DNA from: Podarcis melisellensis
Lineage: Eukaryota
Assembly: GCA_964234715.1 (NCBI GenBank)
Contig: OZ174276.1
DNA: 64,000 nucleotides
Direction: 5' to 3' (one strand)
The translations under genes and the position numbers were made by a program. Of the stretch, positions 39,601 to 53,974 are shown one piece after another (positions within the stretch are counted from its first letter, which is position 1; each line of letters begins with the position of its first letter). The notes below the pieces were generated by a model. It saw nothing but the letters and a program-made list of their open reading frames with translations. It made no database searches and was not told the origin of the DNA.

Positions 39601-40908
39601 GGTGTTTGGAGATGAGAGAATGTGGTGGGGAGGCATGGAGGATGGAAATGCAGTTGGGAGTGTAAGCAAAAAAACAAACAAAAAACAAACAAACAGTAAA
39701 AGCCTGGTTGGTAAAATATGGATTTGTTACTAATTTCTCATTCTTGGTGATGACATTCTGTCTTCTGCTGAAATGTGTTTTCTCAAGTCAGGCTTTTTGG
39801 CTCCAATTATCTCTTGAGAGAAGAGGAAATCTCTCATTGGATTATTTGTGAAGTGAACACACCAAATTAGAACAGTAGAAAAAGCAAGCCCTGCAGCTGT
39901 GGTTCCTTGCAATGTATTGTTTATATTGATTTATGCATATGCAAGCAACGTTGGGCAGCTGACCACAAGTGCTGGGACCAAAGAAGGTTTATTTCTTATT
40001 TAAACATTCATAACAAAGCATCATTTTGCAAACTGTCATAAGCCCAAACAAATTCTCTTCCCATCACTTCTCGTTTCCCAGAAAACTTCCCAGAAAACAG
40101 TGCTCCAACTTTGCTTTATAGGAACTTCCGTATCTTAGGATGTTGCACCCCTGATTCATGACTTGTGTTGTAATCCTTTTACCATTTTACCTGCAATCCT
40201 TCCATTTCCACCATCTAAACATTCTGTAGATCTGACTGGGAATGTCTCAGCATGGTCTGACGAATGAAAACAGGAAATGTGGGTTTGGGGGAGAAGAAAG
40301 AACAGTTACCTGGAATATTGAAGTCCCCTCATTAGAAGTTGTAGTTTCTGGGTGGAACCCAATATCATATGAATGGACTTCCACTTGCACAGTGAGATTC
40401 ACCCTCTTGTTCTGCCCCCTGTGTAGAGGGGACTTTTGGGGCCATTTGGGGGACTCCAGGGGTAGAAGAGGACAGTAAAAGTTCTGTTCTGCATTCACAT
40501 GGACAGCTTGGGATGCAACCCTATAGTGAAGATGTTAGGAGATGTGAGCTCATGGCTGAACTTGTTAGTGCATCCTTCAGGCAGGAAGACTGAATCTCTG
40601 GCATCTGCTTGAAGGAGGAAAGTTTGGGTGCTGGTGCTGGGTGGAGCTGGCATGGGGAGAATAGCTGGCATATCACTTGTCTTTTCTCTTAATATACTAA
40701 TTTGCTTAAGTGTTAGGCACAGATGTGGTGGAGGAAATTCTGATCTCTTTCCATTTATATGTCTTAACCATCATCTAGATGGTGTTTGGCTGATCTTTGT
40801 TGGGGAGAGTGAGGTGTGGAGCCAGAGGGCGATGACTAGTCAGAAAGAGGACTAGGCATTGATAAAGCGAGAAAGCAGGCTAGTATTTCACACCATGCCT
40901 TGATGTGG

Positions 40909-41402
40909 CTAATCCAGAATGCGGCAGCTAGACTGGTGACTGTGAGTGACCTCCGAGACCACATAACACTGGTCCTGAAAGACCTGCATTGACTCCCAGT
41001 ACGTTTCCTTGCACAATTCAAAGTGTTGGTGCTGACCTTTAAAACCCTAAATGGCCTTGGCCCAGTATACCTGAAGGAGTGTCTCCACCCCCATTGTTCA
41101 ACCCGGACACTGAGGTCCAGCTCGAAGGGCCTTCTGGCAGTTCCCTCACTGTGAGAAGTGAAGTTACAGAGAACTAGGCAGAGGGCCTTCTTGGTAGTGG
41201 CACCCACCCTGTGGAATGCCCTCCCATCAGATGTGAAAGAAATAAGCAACTATCGGACTTTTAGAAGACATCTAAAAACAGCCCTGTTTAGGGAAGTTTT
41301 TAATATTGGATGAATTATTGTATTTTAATCTTGTGTTGGAAGCCGCCCAGAGTGGCTGGGGAAACCCAGCCAGATGGGCAGGGTATAAATAAATTATTAT
41401 TT
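40909..41402 (+). mobile_element. 5'-truncated L2-clade LINE (ORF2 3' end + tail)
   Basis: LIQNAAARLVT...DHITLVLKDLH*LPVRF.AQFKVLVLTFKTLNGLGPVYLKE...RAFLVVAPTLWNALP...FRRHLKTALFREVF. Tail ...gggtataaataaattattatt. Confidence 0.85.
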
Positions 41403-42695
41403 TATTTTGTTTTATTTTGTTTTATTTTGTTTTGTCATGTCATGCCAACTGATGGGGCAGGGCTCTTTGTGTTCTTCCATGGTTGCTCAGGACTGTCTCC
41501 TGTATTCCCTGGGTTTGCAGCAGGGTGTAGCCAATGTGAAGCTCTCCAGCTGTTGTGGACTACAACTTCCACCCTTCCTCACTATTGGCTGTGGTGTGGT
41601 TGGGGATGATGGGAATTTTAGTCCAAACATATGGAGCACACTGTGTTGGCTACTCCTAGTTTGTAGGTGAGGTGCGGACCTTTCCATTGAAGCTTTTTGT
41701 AGCTGCATGATTTTTGACTATTTGTATTGTGGCTGTTTGCTGGCTTTGTAAATTTCAAGGAATTTGGAAATGGCTTGTTCATATGGTTTATGCCAAGAGT
41801 TGGGAACCTGTAGCCATCCAGAGAATGAATGCTGTCTGCAGTGAACATGACAAGTGGCTGGGGATTATGAGGATTATTGTCCAACAACATCTGGCCACAG
41901 TTCTCCATCCTTTCCTCAAGTGGCCTTGCATCTTCTCCAGCAGTTTTACCAAGGCTAGCATAGCAGGGTTGTATTTTTATTTTTTGGATGGGGGAGTATA
42001 TGGAATATTCCCTTAGTGCTGTTCCTTCCTTCAGCAAATACTTCACTCCCCCCCCCCCGACCGTGGAGTACACTGTATGATTGGGAAGGAGACACAAACA
42101 TCTCTCGTCCACCTACCAGCTTGTCTAATGCTAAGCTGTTAGCCACTGGATTCAGGATACAAAGAGTGCTTGTGTGTACTGGCACATCCCAAGTATTGAA
42201 GGCCATTCCTTGTTTAGAGTCTGTTGGCACACACTTAAGAGCGCCTCAGGATGCTTCCACATAGCCTTCTCTCCCTCGCCCCTCTGCATATAGAGCCCAT
42301 CCTGCACCTTCAACCAGTGAATCTAGCTATTGGCACCATTCACTTAACTGGTTTATTCCAGAGAATCCCAATGACGTTCCTGTCTCAAACTGCTGCACTC
42401 ACACTTTCCCAACATGTCACTCCATTAAAAAAAATAAAAAGCGGCAGGTTCAGATTGCTTTTGGAGTTTCTTGCACGATTGTAATGCCATTTCCTTACTT
42501 GGTTTGAAGGTGTGGCTTGCAATGTGCTTGGCGATGGGGCTGGTGTGTAGCCTATCTTCCTCTCCCCATTACCTGCTTGCTGCTCCATCATGTGGCCTCT
42601 TCAGAACCATTGCCCTGCTGTAGCATCTGGACTGTATCTGAAAGTGATTTTAAAGGGGGAAAGGATGTAAAATGACCACGGGTACTTTTATGGGA

Positions 42696-43049
42696 GGGAC
42701 ACGGGTGGCACTGTGGGTTAAACCACAGAGCCTAGGACTTGCCAATCAGAAGGTCAGGGGTTTGAATCCCCACAACAGGGGTGAGCTCCCGTTGCTCGGT
42801 CTCAGCTCCTGCCAACCTAGCAGTTCGAAAGCACGTCAAAGTGCAAGTAGATAAATAGGTACCACTCCAGCGGGAAGGTAAACGGTGTTTCCGTGTGCTA
42901 CTCTGGTTTGCCAGAAGCAGCTTAGTCATGCTGGCCACATGACCTGGAAGCTGTACGCCGGCTCCCTCAGCCAATAAAGCGAGATGAGCGCCGCAACCCC
43001 AGAGTCGGCCACGACTGGACCTAATGGTCAGGGGTCCCTTTACCTTTAC
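42696..43049 (+). mobile_element. Full-length Sauria SINE
   Basis: GGGACACGGGTGGCACTGTGGGTTAAACC head, AGTAGATAAATAGGTACC core and (ACCTTT)n tail. Degenerate TSD tacttttatggga (42683-42695) / tactcttatgggg (43047-43059). Confidence 0.9.
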
Positions 43050-44384
43050 TCTTATGGGGGAAAGGTGGGCAGGGAAGATTTACCCCAGTTGTAGCAACTG
43101 GTAGGAATTCTTGTGTCAAGGGAGAGTGAAAAGAGAGGACAGGCTCCTTCCATATGTAATGAATTGTCTACAAGATGGAATCTCATTAGATATAGTGAGT
43201 TATGCTGAAGTTTTCCCTTCTATACAACTACTAAATATGCAAAGCCTCTTTTTTTCACCAGGTCTGTATTGTGCAAATAATAGCACATTAGGCTCATGCT
43301 TGTACAACTTTGAGGAAGTTGCAAAGCTGTGCATAATTCCCTTGAGTCCTTCCCTGAAAGAGAGGTGCTGGGTGCTATTTGATCTCAGTCTCGTGGTTGG
43401 TGACAAATGTCTAGCTTAAATGTGAGTGGATGTGAAGTGGCCTGAGAGCACCCAAAATATCTCAATGAAGTTCAGGCAGTAGGGGCTTCCCCTGGGCCCA
43501 GAGCCCTCCCAAGACACTACTGATTTTGGCAGCAGTAGCAAAAAGAAAAGAATAAAAGAATAAAATTAAACAAGCTGGGGTGGGGTTCCACAGCATGGAA
43601 CCAATATGTTCAGCACCCTAGTGGGAATGTTAATAATCACCTGTAATCAGCTGAAGTGTACATGTGAGGCTCACACCCATTGCTACTGTGGAAGGTTGGC
43701 CAAGGGTGAACATGATCCTCAGGCCAAAGGAAGATTGGTCAACTCTGGAAGGGATGAACACCACAGACTCTCTGTGTGTACTTCCAGGGATATGCTGCTA
43801 CACAGGCATGTGCTTGGATGATTCAGATGAGAGGGGGCATTGACTGGATTCAAATGCTCCTCCTACATACCTCTTCTGAACGCAATTGCTTCTCTGGAAG
43901 TGGCAGCTTCCGGTAAGCCAAGAGGAAGCGGTGCCTGCATCCTGATGAACAGCCAGTTTCTTAATAATGGTGGAGGAAAAGGGAGCCTTTCTTAATTACA
44001 ACCTTGCTCTGTCCCTGTCAAATTACTGAGTTGGAAATGCAGAGTCTTTCATTAAAACTTTATCTATGTAATTAGAAATTATATATACCTACAGCAGAGA
44101 GCACCTTCATGCCTCAGTCGCTCTCTTTAAAGATACCTTGATGCTATCTGACTAAAGCCGGGGGTGTGATCAGAATCCCCTTTCTTCAGATATCGGAGCC
44201 TTTCTGTCTCCCCAGGAGGGAATGTAGTGTGGTGCTCACATTTTAGTTCCAGCTTTTCAGCCTCTAAGTTTCTGAACTCTTCCCCTCCCAGCCACTCCCA
44301 AATGCGTCCAGTGCATCATTGTTTGGGAGGCAGCTGTTCTATTATGCATTCACCTCCTGAGTAAGCCTCACTTACACAACCAAG

Positions 44385-44850
44385 AGCATAACAAGAGCCC
44401 TACTGGATCAAACCAAAGTCCTATCTAACAAGCACGCTGTTTCCTACAGGGTCCGGCTAGATGCCTCTCGGAAACCCAGAAGCAGGATATGACAGTAATA
44501 GCCTTCTCCTGTTGTTTGCCAGAGGCAAACTGTATATGGTACGGGAGGTAATATAAAGCTGAGATAGCCTTACCCTCCACAGCACTTTCTTGTCCCTTTT
44601 TAACACATCTAAGTTGCTGGCCACAACTGCATATTATGGTCACAATTTCATAGCTGAGCTGCCTTGGGTGTAAAAATATTTGCTTTTGTCTGCTCACATT
44701 GTAACTTCATTGTTGGTATATGAGATAGGGAGGAAACACTTTGCTTCAAATAACTCCAGACTTCTAATTTACTCATGTCATTGGTGCCAATTTTCTGTCT
44801 ACCAGCTTATCTAGGCAAAGGTTGACCTCTACAACTTTCACATCAGGCAG
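44385..44850 (-). mobile_element. Old CR1 LINE 3' end
   Basis: cataacaagagccctactggatcaaaccaaagtcctatct...agatgcctctcggaaaccc resembles the reverse complement of a squamate CR1 3'UTR. Confidence 0.5.
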
Positions 44851-46225
44851 GCAAGTGGACATGCAGCCTACATGCCCATCACAAACCTCTTTCTATTGAC
44901 TGAATTATTCACTATGAGGAACCCTCTCCCACTGGAGGCACATTCTTGTCACAGGAAGATATTGGTTCACCCCACCACATGGAATAGGTTCCTTCTAAGA
45001 GATTCCTCTTTCTTGGGACACCATCCTCTGCCCCTGAGACCGTCCTAACAGTACAGGTGATTACCCTGGTTGCTGCTATCTCATCCCCAAAAGGACTCTT
45101 CTACCAGTCTCTGTGTCTCTCAGCTGTCTCTCTCACCTTGGCCTCATTTCTCTTGAGCTCATTGCACCAAGCATGGTTTTCGTCCAGCAGACAGGTAGTG
45201 TCACATGTATAGCTATTTTCATAACTGTTTCGATTGGGTGGCAGGAGGGTGAGTTTGAGGGCTTTTGCCTTTTCCACCCTGTCACTGAAATCACACAGGT
45301 GCCTAACTTGCTTGTCTGCTATACTGTTTATCTCAACGCTTTAGCGCTGGGGTGGAAATGGTTTGTCTGCTGGGCCTCCCCTTGTGCTCTTAGTGGATTG
45401 TTTATCCCCTCGCAGCTCTCCTGTGAATCCTTGTCTACAGGAAGGATTTTGATAAGTCTACTTCCCTCCCTGCCATTGTGCCTTGTTTGGCTATCTTGGG
45501 TTATTCACAGGGAACTGTGCTTCTCTAGAGAACCCCAGTTTACCCCACCCACTCAGACTTAATAACCTTGCTGCTGTTATGCTTGTTTATCTAGGAAAGG
45601 GAGGCGAGTTGGAACAGCTGATCTTGCCAGAGGTTTTGGACACTCTGCTGCAGCTCTTGCTCCTGTCGAGGTGGCAGTTCTGAGGGCACCGGCTTTGTTC
45701 TACACCCCTGAGCCATGTTGATTTTCTCTCCAGGCATGCCTGGGAGCTGATGTTCTCTGTTCATGACCAGGCTAATTCAATTTCAGATGCAGTGTCTGTC
45801 TATCTCTTTGACTAATCACCAATCCAATAATGGGAGATTGGAGAAGGCAATCCCATTTGTATTAAAATGCATTTAAGGCTCAGTGTGCAGAGAGGATCAA
45901 CAGTGTATTAATTTGCTAGACCTCTTATTCCGGCGTGAGGAAATTATAGTGCAGCACACATTGTCTGGGTCACCTTCTGGCTGCAAAGTAGTTTTAAGGA
46001 ATGACCTTTTCAATTTCTGACCATTTTGTACCCCCTTGTGAAGCAGGTGATGTGGTTAAGGGTACACGTCTCACATCTTGTCCATGCACTGACCCCTCTG
46101 ATGTGGTTAGGAAATATAAACCCTCTCAGAAGCTCTTGAGAACTTGTAATAACTCCAGCTACGATTGTAAACATTACAGTTTGATTAGCCCAATTTCTCC
46201 AAACATTTCTCTACTGCCTGATTTG

Positions 46226-46412
46226 CATAGGGACACGGGAGACTGCCTTATACTGAATCAGACCATCAATCCATCTAGTCTGGTGTTGCCTGCAGCAACT
46301 GGCAGTGGCTGTCCCAGTTGTACCTGGCTGTCCCAGATTCTCTCCCAGCTGTACCTGGAGATGCTGGGGATTGAACTTAGCACCTTCTGTAGCCACTAAG
46401 CTATGGCCCTTC
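46226..46412 (-). mobile_element. tRNA-derived squamate SINE (Squam3-like)
   Basis: Reverse complement agggccatagcttagtgg...gttcaatccccagcatctccaggt...ctagatggattgatggtctgattcagtataaggcag. Confidence 0.7.
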
Positions 46413-47161
46413 CTCATTAGAAGCCACAGGCTAACAATAAGGAAATCGTAGGTACTGTGCAACTAATGCAAACTGCAAAACATGCTCTTGGAACGACTGC
46501 TGTTAACGAGTGAGCTGTCCTGGCTCCAGTGAGTTCCTGTTTTAAGAACATTCAGGAAGCTGTGTATTCAATCTTCTGAAGGAAGTGAGAAAGAAGAATC
46601 TAAGTTCTGCTTCTGGTGATCTGAATGCAATCTTAAAGAAGGTCATAACAACTGTGGTGGTGGTTTTTTTAAAGCTTCACATAGAGAAGTCCCCTTCTTG
46701 ACCTCTCGCGGCTTCTCCAAGGTGGGAAGCCTGTGCCATGGGGAGAAGTCAGTGAAAAGGCTTTTAAGCAGCTGCTCCTTGAGCGCCTTGGTCCAGTGCA
46801 CCACGGCACTGTTGGATAAATAGAACAGCTTCTGGCACATTGAAAGCTTGCTTTCCTTTTGTGTGCTTTGCCACCAGAGTGGTGTTGGTACCTCCCGTGC
46901 AGACAGGGCCCTAAACAAAGAGCTTGATAGCAGGCCGGTCACATGGCTGCTGCCACCATGCAGCCAATCCCGTTCAGGGGTTTCAGTCTTGTGCAAAGTT
47001 ATAATTGGCCTCTCCACAGCAGTGTGACTTTTTGTGCTCTTCAAAAAGCTACCTCTCTTTTTATACAGAGGCTGACTGAGAAGGTGGGAGGGTGGCTTTT
47101 GTTGAGGGAGGAGGACACAGAGACCCAATTGTGAAGTTGGATGGGTGATGCTAGGGTGGAG

Positions 47162-47187
47162 ATATATATATATATATATATATATAT
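47162..47187. repeat. (AT)n microsatellite
   Basis: Directly visible. Confidence 0.9.
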
Positions 47188-48659
47188 GGGCTGGCTCTTG
47201 TCAACCCATTCTTGAAAACAGGCCACAGGCGTTGAACATGGCTCCCTGGAAGGAAGAATATCCTGCTGAAGGGAAACAAAAAAAAGCAAATCTTTCCAAC
47301 AAGAACTCCTGTGGCCAGCCATTATTCTTTGGGTGTCTCACAGAAGCTTGTGTTTCTGCCTGGCTCTCCCCCCCCCCCCCAGTGAAAACTGGTTTGGGGT
47401 AGAATTAAAAGGGCCCATTTCTCAAAAGCTGTAGATAAGAATACTGAATGCCACAAATCCTGTCCTTGCATTGCGATTGTCAAAGGAAACGACGTGGTAA
47501 TAATAATGGACATCTTTCCTTTTCAGTTTATTTGCTAAAGTAGGCAAATAAACAAAGGTTAACAAAAGTGTTCAGGCCATTTAGGGTTTGGCTTAGGAGT
47601 GTTTTCTTCTGGACCATGCCATATCCTTTGATGCTCACCTGCTATTGGAAGGTGGCTGTTGGGCAAAGTGAACCATTGCCTTAACACATTTTTTCTTCAT
47701 TTTTTTTTAAAGTGTCTGTTCCCCTAAACTCAGGTAGTTCTTCAATAAGACCATTTTAGCTTTACTGTGTTTAAAGTTTCATCTCATAATCACCTTGGGC
47801 TATATCAGACAGATGTCTGTTGTAAGGTTAGTGCTGCATTTTTGTTTGTTTTTTTGCAGTGTTCACATGATGTCATTGGCATAAAAATGCCAGCCTATAT
47901 TCTCTCTCCCCACCCATCCATTTAAACCTGCTGTATGTAAGCCCAATCTTTGCTTGGTTTAATTTAAGATGGTAGAACAGTGGCTTTTACAATTCCCATT
48001 GAAGTTTACTTGGCTGAGTTGAGCCTTGCTTGTAAGATGGAAGGAAGGCTGCTGGCAAAAGAAGCTTGGTGGCAGCAGGAACAGACAGGTGGGTCAAAAC
48101 ACAACTGCAGACTGCCTGCAGAGCATCTTCTCATGGCCAGTTTTTGATATGCGGCTCTTGAGAGTAGCATCCAACATGTCTTCTCAATTGTTACTCAGAC
48201 GGTTAAGTTAGTTGCCCCAGTTAATGTGAATGCTTTGAACCTTATAAAGAAATAAAAAATGCAGTTATTGTATGCCTGAGATATGCCCCTTTGGTCTATT
48301 CCCAAAACTGGCTAATTTGGTTAAGTGTAGACGGTACTGAGTTTTTCTTACCTGAAACCTGGTAGTGATTTCTTACATTTTCTACAGATTTTAGTGAAGA
48401 GCGATTTGGAAACAGTTTCGGGATGCTGTCCCAATGCTACCACATTATTGCTATCTGGGGGGACTTGTAGTGTGACAACTGCAGGACAATGATAAACAAG
48501 AGCATGTGTGTTATAAACAGTTCTGGGATTTCAGCAGGAAATTCTGGGATGGACTGTGGTTGGAAATAAACCACCCCAAAACTTCTTCAGGTACGAATGG
48601 TATTTTAACAGGTATTGCATATAACTGACCCGATAGCATTGTGAGCCCCAATCTTTTCT

Positions 48660-48860
48660 TTTATTTATTGTTAATTTGCTTTTATACACCACCTTTTCTT
48701 CAAAGAGCTCAAGCTAGCACACACACATCTCCCCCTCTCCATTATACCATTGCCACCCTGTGAGTTAGGTTAGGCTGAGAGACAGTGTCTCTCAAAGTCA
48801 CCCGATGGGTTTCATGGCAGAGTGGAGATTTGAACCCTGGTTGCCCAGGTCCTAGTCAAG
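48660..48860 (-). mobile_element. MIR/CORE-like SINE
   Basis: caccctgtgagttagg core, ggagatttgaaccctgg (reverse B-box) and tttatttatt tail. Confidence 0.6.
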
Positions 48861-51164
48861 CATTCCAGAAAGAAATGAGAGCTCCAAAGAATAGTTGTGG
48901 CCTTTCTCTTTTCTTAATGTTCTGTTTTACAAAGATGAGTGCCTTCTTTTTATTGGCCGTTTTAAATGTTTCTCTTCTCCCCTGCTGCATAGTCCTGGGT
49001 GTTGTAGTCTGTAGCTGGGATATTCAACAGACTAAAATATTTATCACCACAAATCTCTAATAGTGACGGTGGGACTTACATCCTGGCAGTGAGTAAGCAA
49101 AAGTGAGAGAGTAGCTTCATGTGCCCTGGCAAAGAACTTGGAAAATATTTTTTCCCTCTGCAACCCCCAAAGCATCTTTGTTAAAATAGATAAGTTCTAC
49201 ACATATGCATTCAAAAATAATAAAGTGTATGGGTTTGGTACAATCCACATGCCCTCTTCCTGCTTAGTGGCTAAACTTTATATGGCCTTTTGAAATCTTT
49301 AGAAGACACATCTTCTCTTCAAGGGCAGGAGAAATATCTTTTCCCCCAGGTCTGAATCTTCTGCACTTCTCAATCGAACGCCTGTTAAATCTGTTCTTGT
49401 AGGAGAGCTAAATCCATAACCGGAGCAATTAAACCAATTTGGCTACATGGAAACAGGGTCTAATTAATCACGCTGTCCAAACTCCTCTTGCTTTATGGAG
49501 CCGCTTCTTATTTTACATTCCTTTCTTGCCACTTGAAAAGCTTCTATGTTAGTCTTAACTTCTTTGAAGCAGATCTTATTGAATTTAAATGTATTCACTC
49601 AACCATGATTGCTGCCGAAAAGCCCTTGTCTGTGCTGGCAGTCCATGGAGGAGGAATAGTGTTTGGTCTCCTCCTTCTTTCCTACCTCTCTCTCCCCCCT
49701 GCCTGCTCCCCCCCCCCAACATGCAGCAGTCAAGGTGAGGAGTTGAACGATTACTCCCTGGCCAGGATAGGTGGGCAACCATAGGTAGGTGAACAAACAT
49801 GGGGGGATATCGCAATGCAGCGAGAAGCTCTTGCCTACACAGATAAGTGAGCATTATTCCAAGGAGTCCTGCATATCCAAAGCTCAAATCATAGCTGGCA
49901 TTTGATCCAGATCCAAAATGTGCGAGTGCAGTATAGGCTCCCAAAATATGTAGAAGTGATTCCTCCTCCTCCTTTTCTTTTTTAATGACTTGTGGCTTGC
50001 TTCCTTAGCCGCCTGTGAAAAGCTGCTGATGCCTGGTTTTTTGTGGGGGGTTCTGAGCTCTTGAACCAAGAGAGAGAGAAGCTTATGAATAATGCAACTT
50101 CAGCGAGCAAAGGGATTAATGAAAGCATAACCCATTTGGTCCGATGGAGCCAGAGTCCTCATTGGATGCCTCTGCCAACTGAAAACATTAAAGAGGCCAC
50201 TCAAAACTCCTGTAAACTAGGCGTATAATTATTGGTGCCTCGTCCTGTGGACTTTGTGCAAGAAAATGGAGCAAGCAAGGAATGGTGGTTGAGATGCGCT
50301 TGCATTTCTCTCCTAGAGCACAGGTCTGGTTGTGTTGTGCAGATGGAAACCTACGTCCTGGGTGTTGGTGGAATAGCGACTGTAGTCGCAGGACTAAGTA
50401 AGTAATGAAGAAAAGGGGGGTGGGAATTAGCACATTGAAAAGCACCTCTTGTGTGGAAAGTCCTTGACCACTTTTTTTTAATCTCTCCCTCCCCCACCCC
50501 CGAAATTGGCTCTGTCTGTTTTGAGTCATTTCATTTCCAAGAAACCTTTCTCTTTCTCCTCCTCCTTCCCTTAACATGACCTGAAAAAAGCCTATGCAGG
50601 AAATGGCTGCAGATTACTCGACTACCCCTCTGGCCAAGCCATGTGAAATGAATCCCTGATAATGATGAGAGAGTGTCTAAAGGAACGGCTCCGTAAACAG
50701 CAGTGAGCTTTTAATGTAACCACTATCCAGTCATCTGCACTTATTTTCCGCTCCTTCCCACCACCTCCTTTTCCCAGCAGGCATAAAACCTTGTAGCCAT
50801 TAAAGTGGTGCTGAGGGGATCCTTCAGACAATGGAAGGGGCGCCAAGTGGGACAAAAGGAGTTCAGATGCGCTCTTGTCTCTTGGGCAAGTTGAGAAGCG
50901 AGGGGAGTTCTTGTAAACGGCAGCGGAACTGGTGTGTCTTGGATGATGCTGACAATTAGGAGTGTCCTGCTGGTTTTTCTGAAACAAACAAATACTAATA
51001 CCCTGCATAAAGAGTCTAATATTGCTTTGCGTTAATCATCTCCAGTATGTGATTCAATCATGCAGAATATTTACCACTTAATTCTACCTATTGCCCCAAT
51101 AAGACTGCCTTCTCTCCAGGAACATGGTTGGAAGTGAAATCCTACATGCCATGAATCGAGGAAT

Positions 51165-51275
51165 AGGATAGCTAGTATGGCAGAGCTGTGTATGGTCAGT
51201 GTTTGGGTGGGAGGCTACCAGGGAATTCCTTGTACTTAGCTCAGCTCCTAGAAGGAAGGAGGGATATACAACTGT
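51165..51275 (+). mobile_element. Degraded 5S rRNA-derived SINE or pseudogene fragment
   Basis: tggtcagtgtttgggtgggaggctaccagggaat resembles the 5S internal control region tggttagtacttggatgggagaccgcctgggaat. Confidence 0.45.
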
Positions 51276-53974
51276 AATGTGCAAAAGGTTCACAGCCATG
51301 TGGCTGCCATTGTCTAATTTGTATTTACTATGGCAATCCCTGGTGCACCTATAGTGCTGATATACCTGTGGTGGGAAATAGCTCCAATTCTGTGTTGGTT
51401 AAGAGCTGTTACTTCTCTCTGTAAATAAACTTGCACCTGTCTGAAAGCTTTTCACAGGTGAAGGCTACCTTCAGATGACCTGGCTTCTAGCAGCAGCCTT
51501 ATTTGAGTCTCGAAGGTACCTGGACCTGCCGCTTTCTGACAAGAAGATTGAAGCCCAGCAATGAGCTGATGACTATGAAGGGTGCTATTCTATAAATCTG
51601 CTTTCTGCTTATTAAATTGAGTCAGGAATTTCCTGCCATTTCTAAAGAAGCAAGAAGCTCTCACAGCTTATGGTGGTCTGCAAGTGAGAGGATGACCTGG
51701 CAATCTAAATTCCAGTATATGATGCTTGTCTCTGAAGGCGCCAGGCTAAAGCATGAGGTGATTGAATCTAGTCGAAAGCCACTTCTGCATTATTCCCCAC
51801 CTTGTAAGCCATGTCAGGGGTGCCATAGCAGTAGATTCCCTACATCAACAGGGGATCACACAGTTGGTTTCCAGAACTACCCACTTACTCTTACCAGGCT
51901 CTCAAGAGCCTTTCTGTATCTGCTGCTACTCCTGTGCAATTTGCCCCTTAAGCACATCTTTTCCCCATCATTGGAATAGCGGAAATTTCCCCATCTTCAT
52001 CCCAGTTGATGCAGCTGTGAAGCATCTGCAAAACTGCTAGCAACCACTGCTGGAAAAGAACATTATTTCCAGTGTCTCCAGCTGAAAACCATTTTATTTG
52101 AACCCCCCCCCCCTTGCTTGCTTTTTGGCTGTGGAGATTCTACCACCTTACCTTTGATAAAAATTAGAGAGGCCACTGAATGTGCAATGACGGCTAAAGT
52201 GGCTGTGGAAGAGGGGTGGTGAAGTGAAACAGAGCAATTCTTGAGGTGGAAACCAGGAGAAACATCAAGACCAGTTGCTTGCTTTTAACAAGCAAGTGGC
52301 CATATTCTCTGACTGCCCCATTGGTTAAAAGGAAAACTCTGCACATGCATTTCTGCAAAGGCACCAGATCACTCTCTTCTGTTTCGTGTCTGCTCTTTAC
52401 TCTTGATATATTCCTGTGCATCTTGGTTCTTCATTGAAAAAGAGTGTTCCAACCTGGATCATCTCAGCTGTGCTGCTGCCTGGCACTTCTGTTTTCGTAG
52501 CTTCTGGCCTTGCAATAAAAGCTCAAGAGCCTGGTTGTTTGTACCTGTCAGCTTGTTGTAGTAAACCCAAGACAGCAACAGCATGTAAAATACTTCTCCT
52601 TCCCCCCCTTCTGCCACATCACTAACAAGAGCCCCCCCTCTCAATTTTCTTTATTGGGAAGTGTCAACAGATTAGTGGAGAATCCCTCTGTGCGGACAAA
52701 AACCTGCCACAAAAGGCATTAGGCTTTCAGCTATTGGATTACCACGTGGCCACCTGTCAACTGACTTTGTAAATGTATCTGTCTCCAAACTGTTTTTCGC
52801 ATTAGAAGGCTGAGGTGTTTTTTTCCTCCAGGAATGTGTGTTGCTAAATGACTATTTCAGCATCCTGCGTTTAAGCCTTTTTGGGGGGTGAGGGAGGAGT
52901 TGAGGAGATTAAAGCTGTCTTGTGCAAGAACACTAATGTAATAAAATCTTAAGTGGTTAACAGGCAAAGCGGGCCAGTCTGTCTGCACGGTAAATACATT
53001 GCTTCACCTAGCGCCAGGTGCCTTGTGGGGAAAATCTTTATGAAAGGAGTTCTCTAGCTCCTAAGAGTTCCTTTGTCTGAGATGGTTCTAGGAGGTAGGG
53101 CTCTATTGCTACCTGAAGCAGTATGCATGGAAAGGGGTGTGCGGGATGCTTGCATCTCCTGAAGAGACTCCTTCTTTCTTGCACTTCTGTGACCATGCCC
53201 CCAATTTAGAAAATATTGGTGATTGTCAAAGGTTTGTTTTTTGACAGAACCTGCATCCTTTGAATGAGCAGCATCATTCAGTTGATCACCTGAATCACAT
53301 TTAAAGTCATATAGTGAAATAACCTGTGGTGAGCCTCAGACATAAACTCTGTTCTCCTCCTTATCTCCTCTCGTGCATACAAGGAGATGGGTGCATGGGG
53401 GCAGCTTCCCCCCTTCAGGTCAAGTAAATAAATAAAAATACTTAACTGACCAATTGCATGGCAGATACCTTGGTTCTGCCTCCCCAACATAAAGCCTGCC
53501 TCCCCTAAAATCAGTCATTGCTATCCCCATGGATGGGTGGACATTTTAGAACAAACTGTCTTGTTATTCAGAAAGGTGGAACTCTTGGTTCATTCTAACC
53601 AAGGTAAGCTTAACTCAGCTAGAGTTGAAATGTGGTGGGCACCAAAATTTAAGCAAGTTATATGTGGCACAGTTGATAATAAAACTTCCTGAAAAACCTC
53701 CTGAAGTAGGCGTGCTTAAGATACCTCATGTGAAGTGATTCATAAATGAAACAAACAATGTCATTATGGAAGAGACCTTTGGGTACATCTTGGCCTTTTG
53801 ATTCATGATGTACTTAAGTCTGAAATGATGCTCTGTTGTTCCTTGGCTGAGTAAGCAATCTTGCTGGGTATTGTCAGAACCAAGAACTGTAAAAGAGTGC
53901 TGTAATTATTGTCCATCAGTGTTTCTAACCACTCTGTGCTTTTCTTCTCCTTCCCTCTCTCTCTTCTCTGGCAG

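Noticed and set aside
53871-53974. N-terminal extension of the 240-aa ORF ([11 protein letters not shown]...)
   Set aside because: Intronic branch point and polypyrimidine tract upstream of the acceptor; starts at TTG.
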